Assembly: GCA_951406725.2 (NCBI GenBank)
Contig: OX597815.1
Span: 9,114,001 to 9,178,000 of the forward strand
Direction of reading: 5' to 3'
Source: Octopus vulgaris
Taxonomy: Eukaryota
Length of the DNA stretch: 64,000 bases
In this document: positions 1 through 15,379 of the stretch, piece by piece
Layout of the letters: every line of letters starts with the position of its first letter
Position numbering within the stretch: the stretch's first letter is position 1
Position numbers and translations under genes: made by a program
The notes under the pieces: model-generated
Databases searched by the model: none
Seen by the model: only the letters and a program-made list of their open reading frames with translations
Told to the model about the DNA's origin: nothing

Positions 1-30
1 AACCCGAGCAACGCCGGGCGATACTGCTAG
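1..30 (+). mobile_element. Helitron-type 3' terminus; the element body lies outside the window
   Basis: CCCGAGCAACGCCGGG imperfect hairpin, then CTAG|T; reverse complement of the end of the 46487-46869 element. Confidence 0.75.
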
Positions 31-517
31 TATATATATATATATAAAATATACGCACATGCTCCTATATGATATTTAAAAAATTTTATTCATAATTTAT
101 AAATGAATATTTCATGTTTTTTATTACTAATAAATTTACCTTATTTACATTTCACTTTCCTCTATCATCTCTGCGTACTTTATTTACGGTTCTAATTTTA
201 TTTGCCCATTCTACTTTTTCTCTAATCAATCTATAAACCCCTCGTCCGAGCATATAACAATACAAACCACAAATTGTAGCATTCGTCTCCTAAAATGAAT
301 TCATTAGCACATTTATAACATCCAAATTTATATCTTTTACCTCAGATGATATTGTGCTCGTGTCGCATAAATGTAAATTTAATGTTTATTGAGTATTAAT
401 AGAAACGGCCGTAAGTGAAGATGATCAATTTGCTATTAATAATAAACAGTTATTAACATCCTAACCTCCATTTCTTTCACTTCTTTTAAATAGATAAAAA
501 CTATGTTTTTATATATA

Positions 518-988
518 CCGTAAATCCTCTAGTCAGCCTTTGAGTATAATACGCAGGGGATTTTTAGGGGGCTGTACCTCTAAAAAACGTAAACCTTGTG
601 TATAATACGAACCCTTTCTCTATTATGACGCAAGGAGGTCTATATAACGTCCTTGGTTTGTAAAAATGTATACGGTAACGTCCTTTATAATTATTGTATA
701 TATAATATAATGCAAAAGAGTAGCTTTTTTGTGCATTTTGCAGAAAATAAAGAAATAACAATAATAACGTTTAATAAATGTTGCTAACTGCAAGTTATGG
801 ATAGTTTAAGGTATCTTCGCGCCCAGTATCACGAAATGCGTCTGAATAAGCATTGCCGGACAGCAAATAGAGACTCGGACATTGCTTAGAAAATAATTTT
901 CATTTTTAACCTCGTATATAGTACGCACTAGGGATTTTGAGCTTTAAATTTTGGGAAAAAAATGCGGATAATACTCGAGGATATACGG
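518..988. mobile_element. Tc2/pogo-type MITE inside module A
   Basis: TA|CCGTAAATCCTCTAGT...ACTCGAGGATATACGG|TA inverted termini; copies at 2316-2768, 5636-6106, 7270-7739, 13939-14411, 20344-20818, 22797-~23270, 25028-~25470 (truncated). Confidence 0.8.
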
Positions 989-3222
989 TACCTATTATTT
1001 TAAGGAAATTTATTTCCCCAATGTGCTAGATATTGAACAGGTATTTCCTTGGAGGAAATATACGTACATGCACATATATAATTGTTAAAAATCTTATACA
1101 TACTTTATATATTAATAATTCATTCTCTTATTACCAATATATATATATATATGTATGTATATATATATATATATGTATATGAGGTTAGTAGAGTTAGAGG
1201 TTGGAATAACCGTCTAAGGGATAAAAATACCCGTCATACTCCCGGTGTAATAAGCTGTGTTAACCCTGGAGATACCTATGCAAGCATATTATGCTAAATA
1301 GGTTGCAGGTAATGACAAAGATAAGTACGAGTTTATCAGGGATCAAATTTAAAGTAAAAAGAAAATGGAGAAATATTGATAAACAACAAGTGACTAACAT
1401 CAGGTATTACATCTTAATTCAACACAAATAGACTATATACCATCTAACAGCTGTTTCCGCTTCCAATGTTATATGGTATTGTCTCTGAAGAAGCTAAAAG
1501 TAATATTCATCATAGTTGGTAATACTTAGATCTAGAACATTGAACTTCAGAGGGAATGAGAAATACAATAAAGAACAAAAAGAAAAGAAGAGCCTCGAGA
1601 AGAAGACGAAAGGCTTAATAGATTTAAATGACGCCATTTTGATTGTGTCGCAAGTAATAATTGATGTTAGTCAATTCTTGTTGATCAATATTTCTTCATA
1701 GTTTGTTTACTTCATATATATATATATACATATAAATATATGAATATATATAAATATATACACACATATATAAACATATATATGTAGATATGTGTGTATA
1801 TATACATATATATTGATTAGATAGATACATCTATATACCCGTAAGTATACATAGATTCGCACTTAAACATACATCCGTGCTTACATATATATACGTATAC
1901 ATACACATACATGCAGAAACATGTATGCACATTCACTCCCACACGTTTGCACTTGCTCATATATGTGTATATGTGTTTGTATTCAACTTACCCATCTCCC
2001 CCATATATAAACATACATATTTATATTTAAATATATACATAAAAGTGAAAGGAAGAAAAACAATTCACCATCTTAGGTCGAAAATTTAGGGCGCTGGGAA
2101 ACTTATCTAATGACTTTTGAGGTACGCCAGCTCGCTTGCAGCATTGCCGCGGGGGACGGCAAGATACATATGTGTATGTGTATATGTGTAAATCTATATA
2201 TATGTGTGTGTGTGTGTATGTGTGTTTTATCTCATGATGAGATAGATTCCTCCAATGAAATACAAGTTCAATATCTAGTATTTTGGAGAAATGAATTTCC
2301 TTAAAATAATAGGTACGTAAATCCTCGAGTATTATCCGCATTTGTTTCCAAAATTTAAAGCTCAAAATCCCTAGTGCGTACTATATACGAGGTTAAAAAT
2401 GAAAATTATTTTCTAAGCAATGTCCGAGTCTCAATTTGCTGTCCGGCAATGCTTATTCAGACGCATTTCGTGATATTGGGCGCGAAAATACCTTAAACCA
2501 TCCATAACTTGCAGTTAGCAACATTTATTAAACGTTATTACTGTTATTTCTTTATTTTCTGCATACAAAATGCACAAAAAAGCTACACGTTTGCATTACG
2601 TTATATATACAATAATAATGAAGGACGTTACCGTATACATTTTTACAAACCAAGGACGTTATATAGACTTACTTGACTCAAGTTAGAGTAGGTTTAGGTT
2701 TTTCAGAGATGCAGCCCCCTAAAAATCTCCAGTGTATTATACTCAAAGGCTGACTAGAGGATTTACGGTATATATAAAAACATAGTTAAAAGAAGCGAAG
2801 GAAATGGAGGTTATGTAGTTAATAACTGTTTATAATTAATAGCAAATTGATCAGCTTCCCTTACAACCGTTTCTATTAATTCTCAATATACATTAAATTT
2901 ACATTTATGTGACACGAGCACAATATCATCAGAGGTAAAAGATATAAATATAGATGTTATAAATGTGCTAATGAATTCATTTTAGCAGATTGAATGTTGC
3001 AATTTATGGTTTGTATTGTTATATGCGCGGGCGAGGGGCTTACAGGTTGATTATAGATAAAGCAGAATGGGTAAAGAAAATTAGAACCATAAATAAAATA
3101 AGTAGAGATGATAGAGGAAAGTGAAATGTAAACAAGGTAAATTTATTGGTAATAAAAGAATGAAATATTCATTTATAAAGTATGAATAAAATTTCAAAAT
3201 AAATCATATATGTGCATGTACG

Positions 3223-3354
<132 letters not shown>

Positions 3355-3370
3355 GTGTGTATGTATATGA

Positions 3371-3402
<32 letters not shown>

Positions 3403-3404
3403 GA

Positions 3405-4130
3405 TATAATAAAACAATACTGGGAGGATAAGAAACGGAACGAAGCGAAGAATCGAACGAACCCGACGTGAAGCGCTGTCAGACAATAGTGTAATAAATA
3501 AAACATATGCATACATACAAACATATATGTACGTACCTACATCTACATGTATATATACATGCATATATAAATATATATACGTAAATACAGGACACCACAA
3601 AAACACGTAAAACTCAACAGAATCGAAAACGGAAAACCCATTTTTTTACAACAGAAAGACAGAGACGTGGAATCAGGACGAGAACGAAAACGGGAAAAAA
3701 CATTATTTACAACAGAAAAAGGTACAGGACAAGCTACACAAGGAAATTCCCCAATCATCAGCTGTCGCTAGTAGACTTAAGCGTGTTTCGAAGGCAAGAC
3801 AGGACACAACTCTCCTGCGAGAGAATTAAAATAAAATAACCTCGCAGAGGGGTAACACGAGCAAGAAAAAAAAGGTAACACAAAACAGGACGTAACAATA
3901 AAAATGCACAATAAAATACAAGATAAAAATACTTGTACAAGAAAATACAAAACGAGAAATAAAATACAATACGAGAAATCAAAATAAACATGTAGATGTA
4001 GGTACGTACATATATGTTTGTATGTATGCATATATTTTATTTATTACACTATTGTCTGACAGCGCTTCGCGTCGGGTTCGTTCGATTCTTCGCTTCGTTC
4101 CGTTATTTATCCTCCCAGTATTGTTTTATA
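3405..4130. mobile_element. Fold-back element beside a (TA)n tract, probably PLE-derived
   Basis: ~3405-3550 is the near reverse complement of ~3989-4128. Confidence 0.6.
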
Positions 4131-4667
4131 ATATAATTATGACGCGAAATTCTCTCCCTTTGCTTTACCTTCCCCTCTAAGGGATTTCTCCCTCTTCCTC
4201 ATCTCTCTCTCAGCCGCGTGTCTTCCCCTGTCTCTCTCTCTCTCCCACTCCTACTCACTTTTGTCACTGCTAATCCTTTTGCACGCTGCTTTCAAACCGT
4301 AAAGTCATGTTTCCACGCGCTTACCAGAACCTCTTCCGTCCCAGCCAGAACAAAGACTCTATACCATATTACCTTTTCGCTTCCAATGTTATAGGGTATT
4401 GCCTTTGAAAGAGTCTAAAAGTAATATTCATAATATTTGGTAATACTTAGATCTAGAACATTGAACTTCAGAGGGAAGAAAAATACACACAATAAAAAAG
4501 AAAAAAAAAGAAGAGCCTCGAGAAGTAGATGAAAGGCTTAATAGATTTAAATGACGCCATTTTGCTTGTATCGCAAGTAATAATTGATGTTAGTCAATTC
4601 TTGTTGATCAATATTTCTTCATATTTTGTTTACTTCATATATATATATATATAAATATATATATAAA

Positions 4668-4699
<32 letters not shown>

Positions 4700-4756
4700 G
4701 AAGTAAACAAACTATGAAGAAATATATATACATATATGTGTATATATTTATATATA

Positions 4757-4803
<47 letters not shown>

Positions 4804-5193
4804 ATTAGATAGATACACATATATACTCGTAAGTATACATAGATTCTCACTTAAACATACATCCGTGCATAGACATATATACTTACACATACACATACAT
4901 GCAGAAACAGGTATGCACATTCACTCCCACACGTTTGCACTTGCTCATATATGTGCATATGTGTTTGTATTCAAGTTACCCATCTCCCCCATATATAAAC
5001 ATACATATTTATATTTGAATATATACATAAGAGTGAAAGGAAAAAAAATAATTCACCATCTTAGGTCGAAAATTTAGGGCGCTGGGAAACTTATCTAATG
5101 ACTTTTGAGGCACGCCAGGACGCTTGCAGCGTTGCCGCGGGGGACGGCAAGATACATATGTATGTGTGTATATGTGTATATATATATATATTA

Positions 5194-5421
5194 AGGCGGC
5201 GAACTGGCAGAAACGTTAGCACGCCGGGCGAAATGCGTAGCCGTATTTCGTCTGCCGTTACGTTCTGAGTTCAAATTCCGCCAAGGTCGACTTTGCCTTT
5301 CATCCTTTCGGGGTCGATAAAGTAAGTACCAGTTACGCACTGGGGTCGATGTAATCGACTTAATCCATTGTCTGTCCTTGTTTGTCCCTTCTGTGTTTAG
5401 CCCCTTGTGGATAGTAAAGAA

Positions 5422-5423
<2 letters not shown>
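5194..5423 (+). mobile_element. tRNA-derived SINE, family 1
   Basis: GGCGGCGAACTGGCAG head, B-box-like GAGTTCAAATTCC, GCCTTTCATCCTTTCGGGGTCGA body; near-identical copies elsewhere in the window. Confidence 0.88.
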
Positions 5424-5457
<34 letters not shown>

Positions 5458-7048
5458 ATGTGTATATGTGTGTGTGTTTGTGTGTGTGTGTGTTTGTGTG
5501 TGTTTGTGTGTGTGTGTGTGTTTATAAATATAATTAGAGATTGTTTTTATCTCATGATGAGATAGATTCCCCCAATGAAATACAAGTTCAATATCTAGTA
5601 TTTTGGAGAAATTAATTTCCTCAAAATAATAGGTACCGTGTATCCTCGAGTATTATCCGCATTTTTTTCCAAAATTTAAAGCTCAAAATCCCTAGTGCGT
5701 ACTATATACGAGGTTAAAAATGAAAATTATTTTCTAAGCAATGTCTGAGTCTCTATTTGCTGTCCGGAAATGTTTATTCAGATGCATTTCGTAATATTGG
5801 GCGCGAAAATACCTTAAACCATCCATAACTTGCAGTTAGCAACATTTATTAAACGTTATTACTGTTATTTCTTTATTTTCTGCAAAATGCACAAAAAAGC
5901 TACACGTTTGCATTATGTTATATATACAATAATAATAAAGGACGTTACCGTATGCATTTTTACAAACCAAGGATGTTATATTGACCTCCTTAACTCAAGA
6001 TAGAGAAAAGGGTGCATATTATGCAAAAGGTTTAGGTTTTTCAGACGTACAGCCCCGTAAAATTCCCCAGCGTATTATACTCAAGGGCTGAGTAGAGGAT
6101 TGACGGTATATATAAAAACATAGTTTTTATCTATTTAAAAGAACCGAAGGAAATGGAGGTTAGGAAGATAATAACTGTTTATAATTAATAGCAAATTGAT
6201 CAGCTTCCCTTACAACCGTTTCTATTAATACTCAAAAAACATTAAATTTACATTTATGTGACACGAGCACAATATCATCAGAGGTAAAAGATATAAATTT
6301 GGATGTTATAAATGTGCTAATGAATTCATTTTAGCAGACTGAATGTTAAATTTTATGATTTGTATTGTTATATGCTCGGGCGAGGGGTTTACAGGTCGAT
6401 TAGAGATAAAACAGAATGGGAAAAAGAAAATTAGAACCATAATTAAAGTAAATAGAGATGATAGAAGAATGTGAAACGTATATAAGCTAAATTTATTGTT
6501 AATAAAAGAATGAAATATTCATTTATAAAGTATGAATAAAATTCCAAAAAAATCATATCTGAGCATGTACGTATATTATATACATATGTATATGAAGTTA
6601 GTAGAGATAGAGGTTGGAATAACCGCCAAAGGGATAAAAATACCTGTTATACTACCGGTGTAATTACCTATGTTAACCCTGGGCGTACCTATGCAAGCAT
6701 TTTATGCTCATAGGTTACAGGTAATGACAAAGATAAGTAAGAGTTTATCAGAGATCAAATTTAAAGTAAGCAGAAAATGGAGAAATATTGATAAACAACA
6801 ATTGGCTAACATCAAGTATTACCTCTTAATTCATATATGTGCATATGTGTTTGTATTCAACTTACCCATCTCCCCTATATATAAACATACATATTTATAT
6901 TTGAATATATACATAAGAGTGAAAGGAAAAAAAATAATTCACCACCTTTGGTCGAAAATTTAGGGCACTGGGAAACTTATCTAATGACTTTTGAGGCACG
7001 CCAGGACGCTTGCAGCGTTGCCGCGGGGGACGGTAAGATACATATGTA

Positions 7049-7079
<31 letters not shown>

Positions 7080-8831
7080 GTGTGTGTGTGTATGTGTATA
7101 TGTGTGTGTGTTTGTGTGTGTGTGTGCGTTTGTGTGTGTTTGTGTGTGTGTGTGTTTATAAATATAATTAGAGATTGTTTTTATCTCATGATGAGATAGA
7201 TTCCCCCAATGAAATACAAGTTCAATATCTAGTATTTTGGAGAAATTAATTTCCTCAAAATAATAGGTACCGTGTATCCTCGAGTATTATCCGCATTTTT
7301 TTCCAAAATTTAAAGCTCAAAATCCCTAGTGCGTACTATATACGAGGTTAAAAATGAAAATTATCTTCTAAGCAATGTCCGAGTCTCTATTTGCTGTCCG
7401 GAAATGTTTATTCAGATGCATTTCGTAATATTGGGCGCGAAAATACCTTAAACCATCCATAACTTGCAGTTAGCAACATTTATTAAACGTTATTACTGTT
7501 ATTTCTTTATTTTCTGCAAAATGCACAAAAAAGCTACACGTTTGCATTATGTTATATATACAATAATAATAAAGGACGTTACCGTATGCATTTTTACAAA
7601 CCAAGGACGTTATATTGACCTCCTTGACTCAAGATAGAGAAAGGGTGCATATTATACAAAAGGTTTAGGTTTTTCAGACGTACAGCCCCGTAAAAATCCC
7701 CAGCGTATTATACTCAAGGGCTAACTCGAGGATTGACGGTATATATAAAAACATAGTTTTTATCTATTTAAAAGAACCGAAGGAAATGGAGGTTAGGAAG
7801 ATAATAACTGTTTATAATTAATAGCAAATTGATCAGCTTCCCTTACAACCGTTTCTATTAATACTCAAAAAACATTAAATTTACATTTATGTGACACGAG
7901 CACAATATCATCAGAGGTAAAAGATATAAATTCGGATGTTATAAATGTGCTAATGAATTCATTTTAGCAGACTGAATGTTAAATTTTATGATTTGTATTG
8001 TTATATGCTCGGGCGAGGGGTTTACAGGTCGATTAGAGATAAAACAGAATGGGAAAAAGAAAATTAGAACCATAATTAAAGTAAATAGAGATGATAGAAG
8101 AATGTGAAACGTATATAAGCTAAATTTATTGTTAATAAAAGAATGAAATATTCATTTATAAAGTATGAATAAAATTCCAAAAAAATCATATCTGAGCATG
8201 TACGTATATTATATACATATGTATGAAGTTAGTAGAGATAGAGGTTGGAATAACCGCCAAAGGGATAAAAATACCTGTTATACTACCGGTGTATTACCTA
8301 TGTTAACCCTGGGCGTACCTATGCAAGCATTTTATGCTCATAGGTTACAGGTAATGACAAAGATAAGTAAGAGTTTATCAGAGATCAAATTTAAAGTAAG
8401 CAGAAAATGGAGAAATATTGATAAACAACAATTGGCTAACATCAAGTATTACTTCTTAATTCAATACAAATAGACTCTATACCATCTAACAGCTGTTTCT
8501 CCCTCCAATGTTATATGGTATTGTCTCTGAAGAGTCTAAAAGTAATATTCATCATATCTGGTAATACTTAGATGTAGAACATTGAACTTTAGAGGGAAGA
8601 AAAATACACAATAAAAAAGAAAAAGAAGAAGAACCTCGAGAAGTAGATGAAAGGATTAATAGAATTAAATGGCACCATTTTGCTTGTATCGCAAGTAATA
8701 ATTGATGTTAGTCAATTCTTGTTGATCAATATTTCTTCATAGTTTGTTTATTTCATATATATATATATACAACTAATGTAGGACAAAATTCTTTCGGGAA
8801 AAAATTTTATCAATGGTCAGCATATCAAAAC

Positions 8832-8908
<77 letters not shown>

Positions 8909-8910
8909 CA

Positions 8911-8946
<36 letters not shown>

Positions 8947-9553
8947 CACATATATATAATATACGTATGTATATATAAATATATGTATATATATATATAT
9001 ATATTGATTAAATAGATACACATATATACCCGTAAGTATACATAGATTCGCACTTAAACATACATCCGTGCATAGACATATATACTTACACATACACATA
9101 CATGCAGAAACAGGTATGCACATTCACTCCCACACGTTTACATATACTCATATATGTGTATATGTGTTTGTATTCAACTTACCCATCTCCCCTATATATA
9201 AACATACATATTTATATTTGAATATATACATAAGAGTGAAAGGAAGAAAAATAATTCACCATCTTAGGTCGAAAATTTAGGGCACTGGGAAATTTATCTG
9301 ATGACTTTTGAGGCACGCCAGCACGCTTGCAGCGTTGCCGCGGGGGACGGTGCGATACATATATGTGTATGTGTGCATGTATATGTGTATATGTCTATAT
9401 ATATATGTGTGTGTGTGTATGTGTATATGTGTGTGTATATGTGTGTGTGTTTGTGTGTGTGTGTGTTTGTGTGTGTTTGTGTGTGTGTGTGTTTGTGTGT
9501 ATATATTGTGTGTGTGTGTGGTTTTTGTGTGTTTATTTATATGTTGTATATGT

Positions 9554-9613
<60 letters not shown>

Positions 9614-10010
9614 TATAAGGTTAGATTTTATATAAGGGTTTTTATATATTATTTATGTTAACCTGTGTTGTGGATGTATGTTTATGTTGTATATATGAAA
9701 TATATAAGATATATTACAATAATAATAATAAAATAAAGTATAACAGAAAATGGAGAAACATATGATATATATATATATATTGATATACATCTATTATAAT
9801 CTATAATTCTTTTATGTTTTGTTTCTTCTCTTTTGTTATGTATTGCTCTCTCTCTAAGAAGCTAAAAGTAATATTCATAATATTTTGTAATACTTAGATC
9901 TAGAACATTGAACTTCAGACGGAAGAATAATAATACACAATAATAAATAAATATTATAAGAATAGATAATAATAAAATTAATAATAATATATAATGAATA
10001 GAACGTATAT

Positions 10011-10083
<73 letters not shown>

Positions 10084-10682
10084 TATATATATATGTATAT
10101 GATGTTAGTAGAGATAGAGGTTGGAATAACCGCCAAAGGGATAAAAATACCTGTTATACTACCGGTGTAATTACCTATGTTAACCCTGGGCGTACCTATG
10201 CAAGCATTTTATGCTCATAGGTTACAGGTAATGACAAAGATAAGTACGAGTTCATCAGGGATCATCTTTAAAGTAAACAGAAAATGGAGAAATATTGATA
10301 AACAACAATTGACTAACATCAAGTATTACTTCTTAATTCAATACAAATAGACTCTATACCATCTAACAGCTGTTTCTCCCTCCAATGTTATATGGTATTG
10401 TCTCTGAAGAGTCTAAAAGTAATATTCATCATATCTGGTAATACTTAGATGTAGAACATTGAACTTTAGAGGGAAGAAAAATACACAATAAAAAAAGAGA
10501 AAGGAAGAGCCTCGAGAAGAAGATGAAAGGCTTAATAGATTTAAATGACACCATTTTGCTTGTGTCGCAAGTAATAATTGATGTTTGTCAATTCTTGTTG
10601 ATCAATATTTCTTCATATTTTGTTTACTTTATAATATATATATATAACTAATGTAGGACAAAATATTTTCGCATATCAAAAC

Positions 10683-10792
<110 letters not shown>

Positions 10793-11023
10793 ACATACAT
10801 ACATACATACACACATATATATACCTATATAAGTATGTATGTATATATATATATATGTATATATATATTGATTAAATAGATACACGTATATACCCGTACG
10901 TGTTATGTGTGTGTGTGTTGTGTGTGTGTGTGTTTGTGTGTGTGTGTTTATGTGTGTGTGTGTGTTTATGTGTGTTTGTGTGTGGTGTGTATGTGTGTAT
11001 ATGTGTTGTATGTATATTATATG

Positions 11024-11068
<45 letters not shown>

Positions 11069-11112
11069 TTATATATATATGTGTTATTATATATATGTAT
11101 TTATATATATAT

Positions 11113-11158
<46 letters not shown>

Positions 11159-11432
11159 ATGTATATATATCTGCTATATTTTTATATGTTATATATACAA
11201 TAATTATATATTTGTGTTATTTTTTGTGTTATTTATTTATTTGGTTTCTTTTTTTATTATATTTCGTGTGTAGTGTGTTTATTTATACTTGTTTTTTCTT
11301 TTTGTGTGTGTGTGTATATATATGTGTAGGTGTGTGAAATTTGTGTAATGTGTGAGGCACGCCAGCACGCTTGCAGTGTGTGTGTGTGTGTGTATACATA
11401 TATGTGTATGTGTGCGTGTATATGTGTATATG

Positions 11433-11494
<62 letters not shown>

Positions 11495-11507
11495 TTATAT
11501 ATATATG

Positions 11508-11630
<123 letters not shown>

Positions 11631-12161
11631 ATATTTCGGAATGGTCATTTTGCCAGTTTAGCCGTAAAAACACACGCACTATATATTTGGTATTATTTTG
11701 CTTCAGTGTTATTTATTTTTTCATTAATCTTAATCTTATTTGGGCCAGAGTTCTTTCGTCGCACTCCTGTGACCGCATCAGTGATCCTTTGTTTTCTTCT
11801 TTCTTATTTGTGTCTCTCCTTACTAACCGTCAGCCATTTTGTATGTCTATTGTATGTCTTCATTTGCGCATGCTTATATCTCTATTTGCGTTTAAGTTTA
11901 TTTAGTGTGTGTGTGTGTGGGGGGGATGCCTGTAATATTTGTATCTTCTGTTTATATATGTTCATGTAATTTGTATTTTGTTTTTTGTTTTTGTTGTTTT
12001 TGTTTATTCTTATTTTGTTCATGTGTTTACATCCACTTATTATTATCATCACATATGCTTGTATGTATGTATGTATGCATGTATGTATGTATGTATGTAT
12101 GTATGTATGTATGTATGTATGTATAACAACAATACTAGTAATAATAATAATAAATCGAATC

Positions 12162-12196
<35 letters not shown>

Positions 12197-12279
12197 TTTA
12201 TTTCTATTAGTTTATTTATCTGTGTATTTATTATGTTTTCAGGATCCTCTATCGTCATATGTTGTGGTATGTGTTAGTG

Positions 12280-12786
12280 CTCCATTCTAGTTTTCTATTC
12301 AGGATAGGTTTATTTTCTATTATGTGTGTAGCTTCTGTAATTTGTCTAATTGTTGCATCTGATCTATCTGTATAATATTTTAATTTCTATGTTATTGATT
12401 GATCCCCCGTGTTCCTGTTCGGCGTGTTGGTACAGAATCGATGAGCTTTTACCTTCCTTGAGTTGTCTCCAATGCCCATTTACCCGCTCTCCTATGCTTC
12501 TTGCCGTTTCCCCTACGTATGTCGTTGTCTTGTTACTGCATCGTCCCTCTATACATCTTATACTATAGACTACATTTCTGGCTTTACAGTTTGTTTGTGG
12601 GCTAAATCTACATACAGTACAGTACTTATCCGTACAGGGGGTTCTACTAAAAGGATAGGTTCTACCAATTATAGATTTGATAGGGTTGCCTTGCTTTTCA
12701 ACAACCTTAATTCTTAGCTTATGTTTGTCTAGGGTCCTTCTAAAGCGGTACACCAGTTCACCTCCAGGGGTGGTGTCAACGAACAT
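12280..12786 (-). pseudogene. PLE thumb/GIY-YIG endonuclease fragment, frameshifted near the C-terminus
   Basis: FVDTTPGGEL, KVVEKQG, NVVYSIRC..YVGETARSIGER..H; second frame gives RQITEA..LNRKLEW. Confidence 0.85.
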
Positions 12787-13186
12787 GACACTCTGGTATT
12801 TATGGCTATCATACCAAGAGTTGGCCTTCCCTATTTTCTTTTTTGTCCTTTCTATAGTGTTCCATGACTTGTTCCTATAAAGTATACAAAGGAACCATTA
12901 AGAAATTTGATAATATATTATGTAATGATAGGAATGGGATTTGCCCACTCTATAGGAACAAGTCATGGAACATTATAGAACAAAAACAAAAAACAAAATA
13001 CAAATTACATGAACATATATAAACAGAAGATACAAATATTACAGGTATCACCCCACATACACACACTAAATAAACTTAAACGCATATAGAGATATAAGCA
13101 TGCGCAAATGAAGACATACAATAGAAATAAAAAATGGCTGACGGTTAGTAAGGAGAGACACAAATAAGAAAGAAGAAAACAAAGGA

Positions 13187-13226
13187 CCACTGATGCGGTC
13201 ACAGAAGTGTGACGAAATAACTCTGG
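13187..13226 (+). ncRNA. Hammerhead-like motif with variant core CTGATGC
   Basis: cca CTGATGC g gtcac-agaagt-gtgac GAAA taactc tgg; second copy on the - strand at ~11746-11785. Confidence 0.5.
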
Positions 13227-13402
13227 CCGAAATAAGATTAAGATTAATGTGAAAATAAATAACACTGAAGCAAAATAACACCAAATATATAGTGCGTGTG
13301 TTTTTATTGGCTTAACTGGGAAAATGACCATTCCGAAATATAATAAATTTCTGTTTCAACACACGACTTCACATTAAAAATCTTGCAAAACAAATATTTA
13401 AA

Positions 13403-13486
<84 letters not shown>

Positions 13487-13491
13487 ATGTA

Positions 13492-13522
<31 letters not shown>

Positions 13523-13524
13523 TA

Positions 13525-13658
13525 AATTTATTATATAGAAGGAGCTTCTACAGGACTAGAACTGTTTCATTCAAGAGAAATCTTCAGGAAGCTTCCTGAA
13601 GATTTCTCTTGAATGAAACAGTTCTAGTCCTGTAGAAGCTCCTTCTATATAATAAATT
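13525..13658. repeat. 134-bp perfect palindrome
   Basis: Symmetric about 13591/13592 (GGAAG|CTTCC); arms carry a degenerate CTGAAGA..GAAAC. Confidence 0.85.
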
Positions 13659-13755
13659 AATTTTACTCTGCTATGTATTGAGTACCTTATTTACTGTGGT
13701 TAACCCCGAATCAACCCGGGACCTACATATATATATATATATATATATTTATAGA

Positions 13756-13824
<69 letters not shown>

Positions 13825-14866
13825 TTATAAATTTAATTGGAAGATGCTTTAATCTCATGATGGGATGGATTCCTCCAAGGAAATACCAGTTCAATACCTA
13901 GTACTTTGGAGAAATGAATTTCCTTAAAATAATAGGTACCGTATATCTTCGAGTATTATCCGTAGTTCCCTCAAAATTTAAAGCTCAAAATCCCTAGTGC
14001 GTACTATATACGAGCTTAAAAATGAAAATTATTTTCTAAGCAATGTACGAGTCTCTATTTGCTGTCCGGCAATGCTTATTCAGACGCATTCCGTAATATT
14101 GGGCGCGAAAATACCTTAAACCATCCATAACTTGCAGTTAGCAACATTTATTAAACGTTATTACTGTTATTTCTTTATTTTCTGCATACAAAATGCACAA
14201 AAAAGCTACACGTTTGCATTACGTTATATATACAATAATAATAAAGGACGTTACAATATACATTTTTACAAACCAAGGACGTTATATAGACCTCCTTGAC
14301 TCAAGTTAGAGTAGGGCTGCGTATTATACACAAGGTTAAGGTTTTTTAGAGTTACAGCCCCCTAAAACTTCCTTGCGTATTATACTCAAGGGCGGACTCG
14401 AGAATTCACGGTATATATAAAAACATAGTTTTTATCTACTTAAAAGAAGCGAAGGAAATGGAGATTATGAAGTTAACAACTGTTTATAATTAATAGCAAA
14501 TTGATCATCTTCCCTTACAGCCGTTTCTATTAATGCTCAATAAACATTAAATTTACATTTATGTGACACGAGCACAATATCATCAGAGGTAAAAGATATA
14601 AATATGGATGTTATAAATGTGCTAATGAATTCATTTTAGCAGACTGAATGTTACAATTTATGGTTTGTATTGTTATATGCTCGGGCGAGGGGTTTACAGG
14701 TCGATTAGAGATAAAGCAGAATGGGTAAATAAAATTAGAACCATAAATGGAGTAAATAGAAGAAAGTGAAGTGTAAATAAGCTAAATTTATTAGTAATAA
14801 AAGAATGAAATATTCATTTATAAAGTATGAATAAAATTTCAAAAAAATCATATATGAGCATGTACG

Positions 14867-14913
<47 letters not shown>

Positions 14914-14918
<5 letters not shown>

Positions 14919-15136
14919 TATATAAAAGGGCTTAGTAAAATAAATTACTTTGCCGCATACTGAACTCATTAGAAATAGCAGCTAAAAAAACTTTTTCAAA
15001 ACTATTTCCAATACTTAAAGAAAAGGTTTTCTTTAAGTATTGGAAATAGTTTTTGAAAAAGTTTTTTAGCTGCTATTTCTAATGAGTTCAGTATGCGCAA
15101 AGTAATTTATTTTACTAAGCCCTTTTATATAATGTA
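14914..15136. repeat. Fold-back element in (TA)n, related to 41730-42107
   Basis: ~110-bp arms, centre near 15025; shared TTAGAAATAGCAGC motif. Confidence 0.8.
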
Positions 15137-15253
15137 ATAATTTGAATTCGCCTTAAATGGTCCCTTTGTATACTGAATACTTGGTAAAATTGATTAATTA
15201 ATTAATTTTACCCTCAATTGTTGAAATTATAATTCATATATATATATATATAC

Positions 15254-15315
<62 letters not shown>

Positions 15316-15334
15316 TTATATATATATATATATG

Positions 15335-15379
<45 letters not shown>

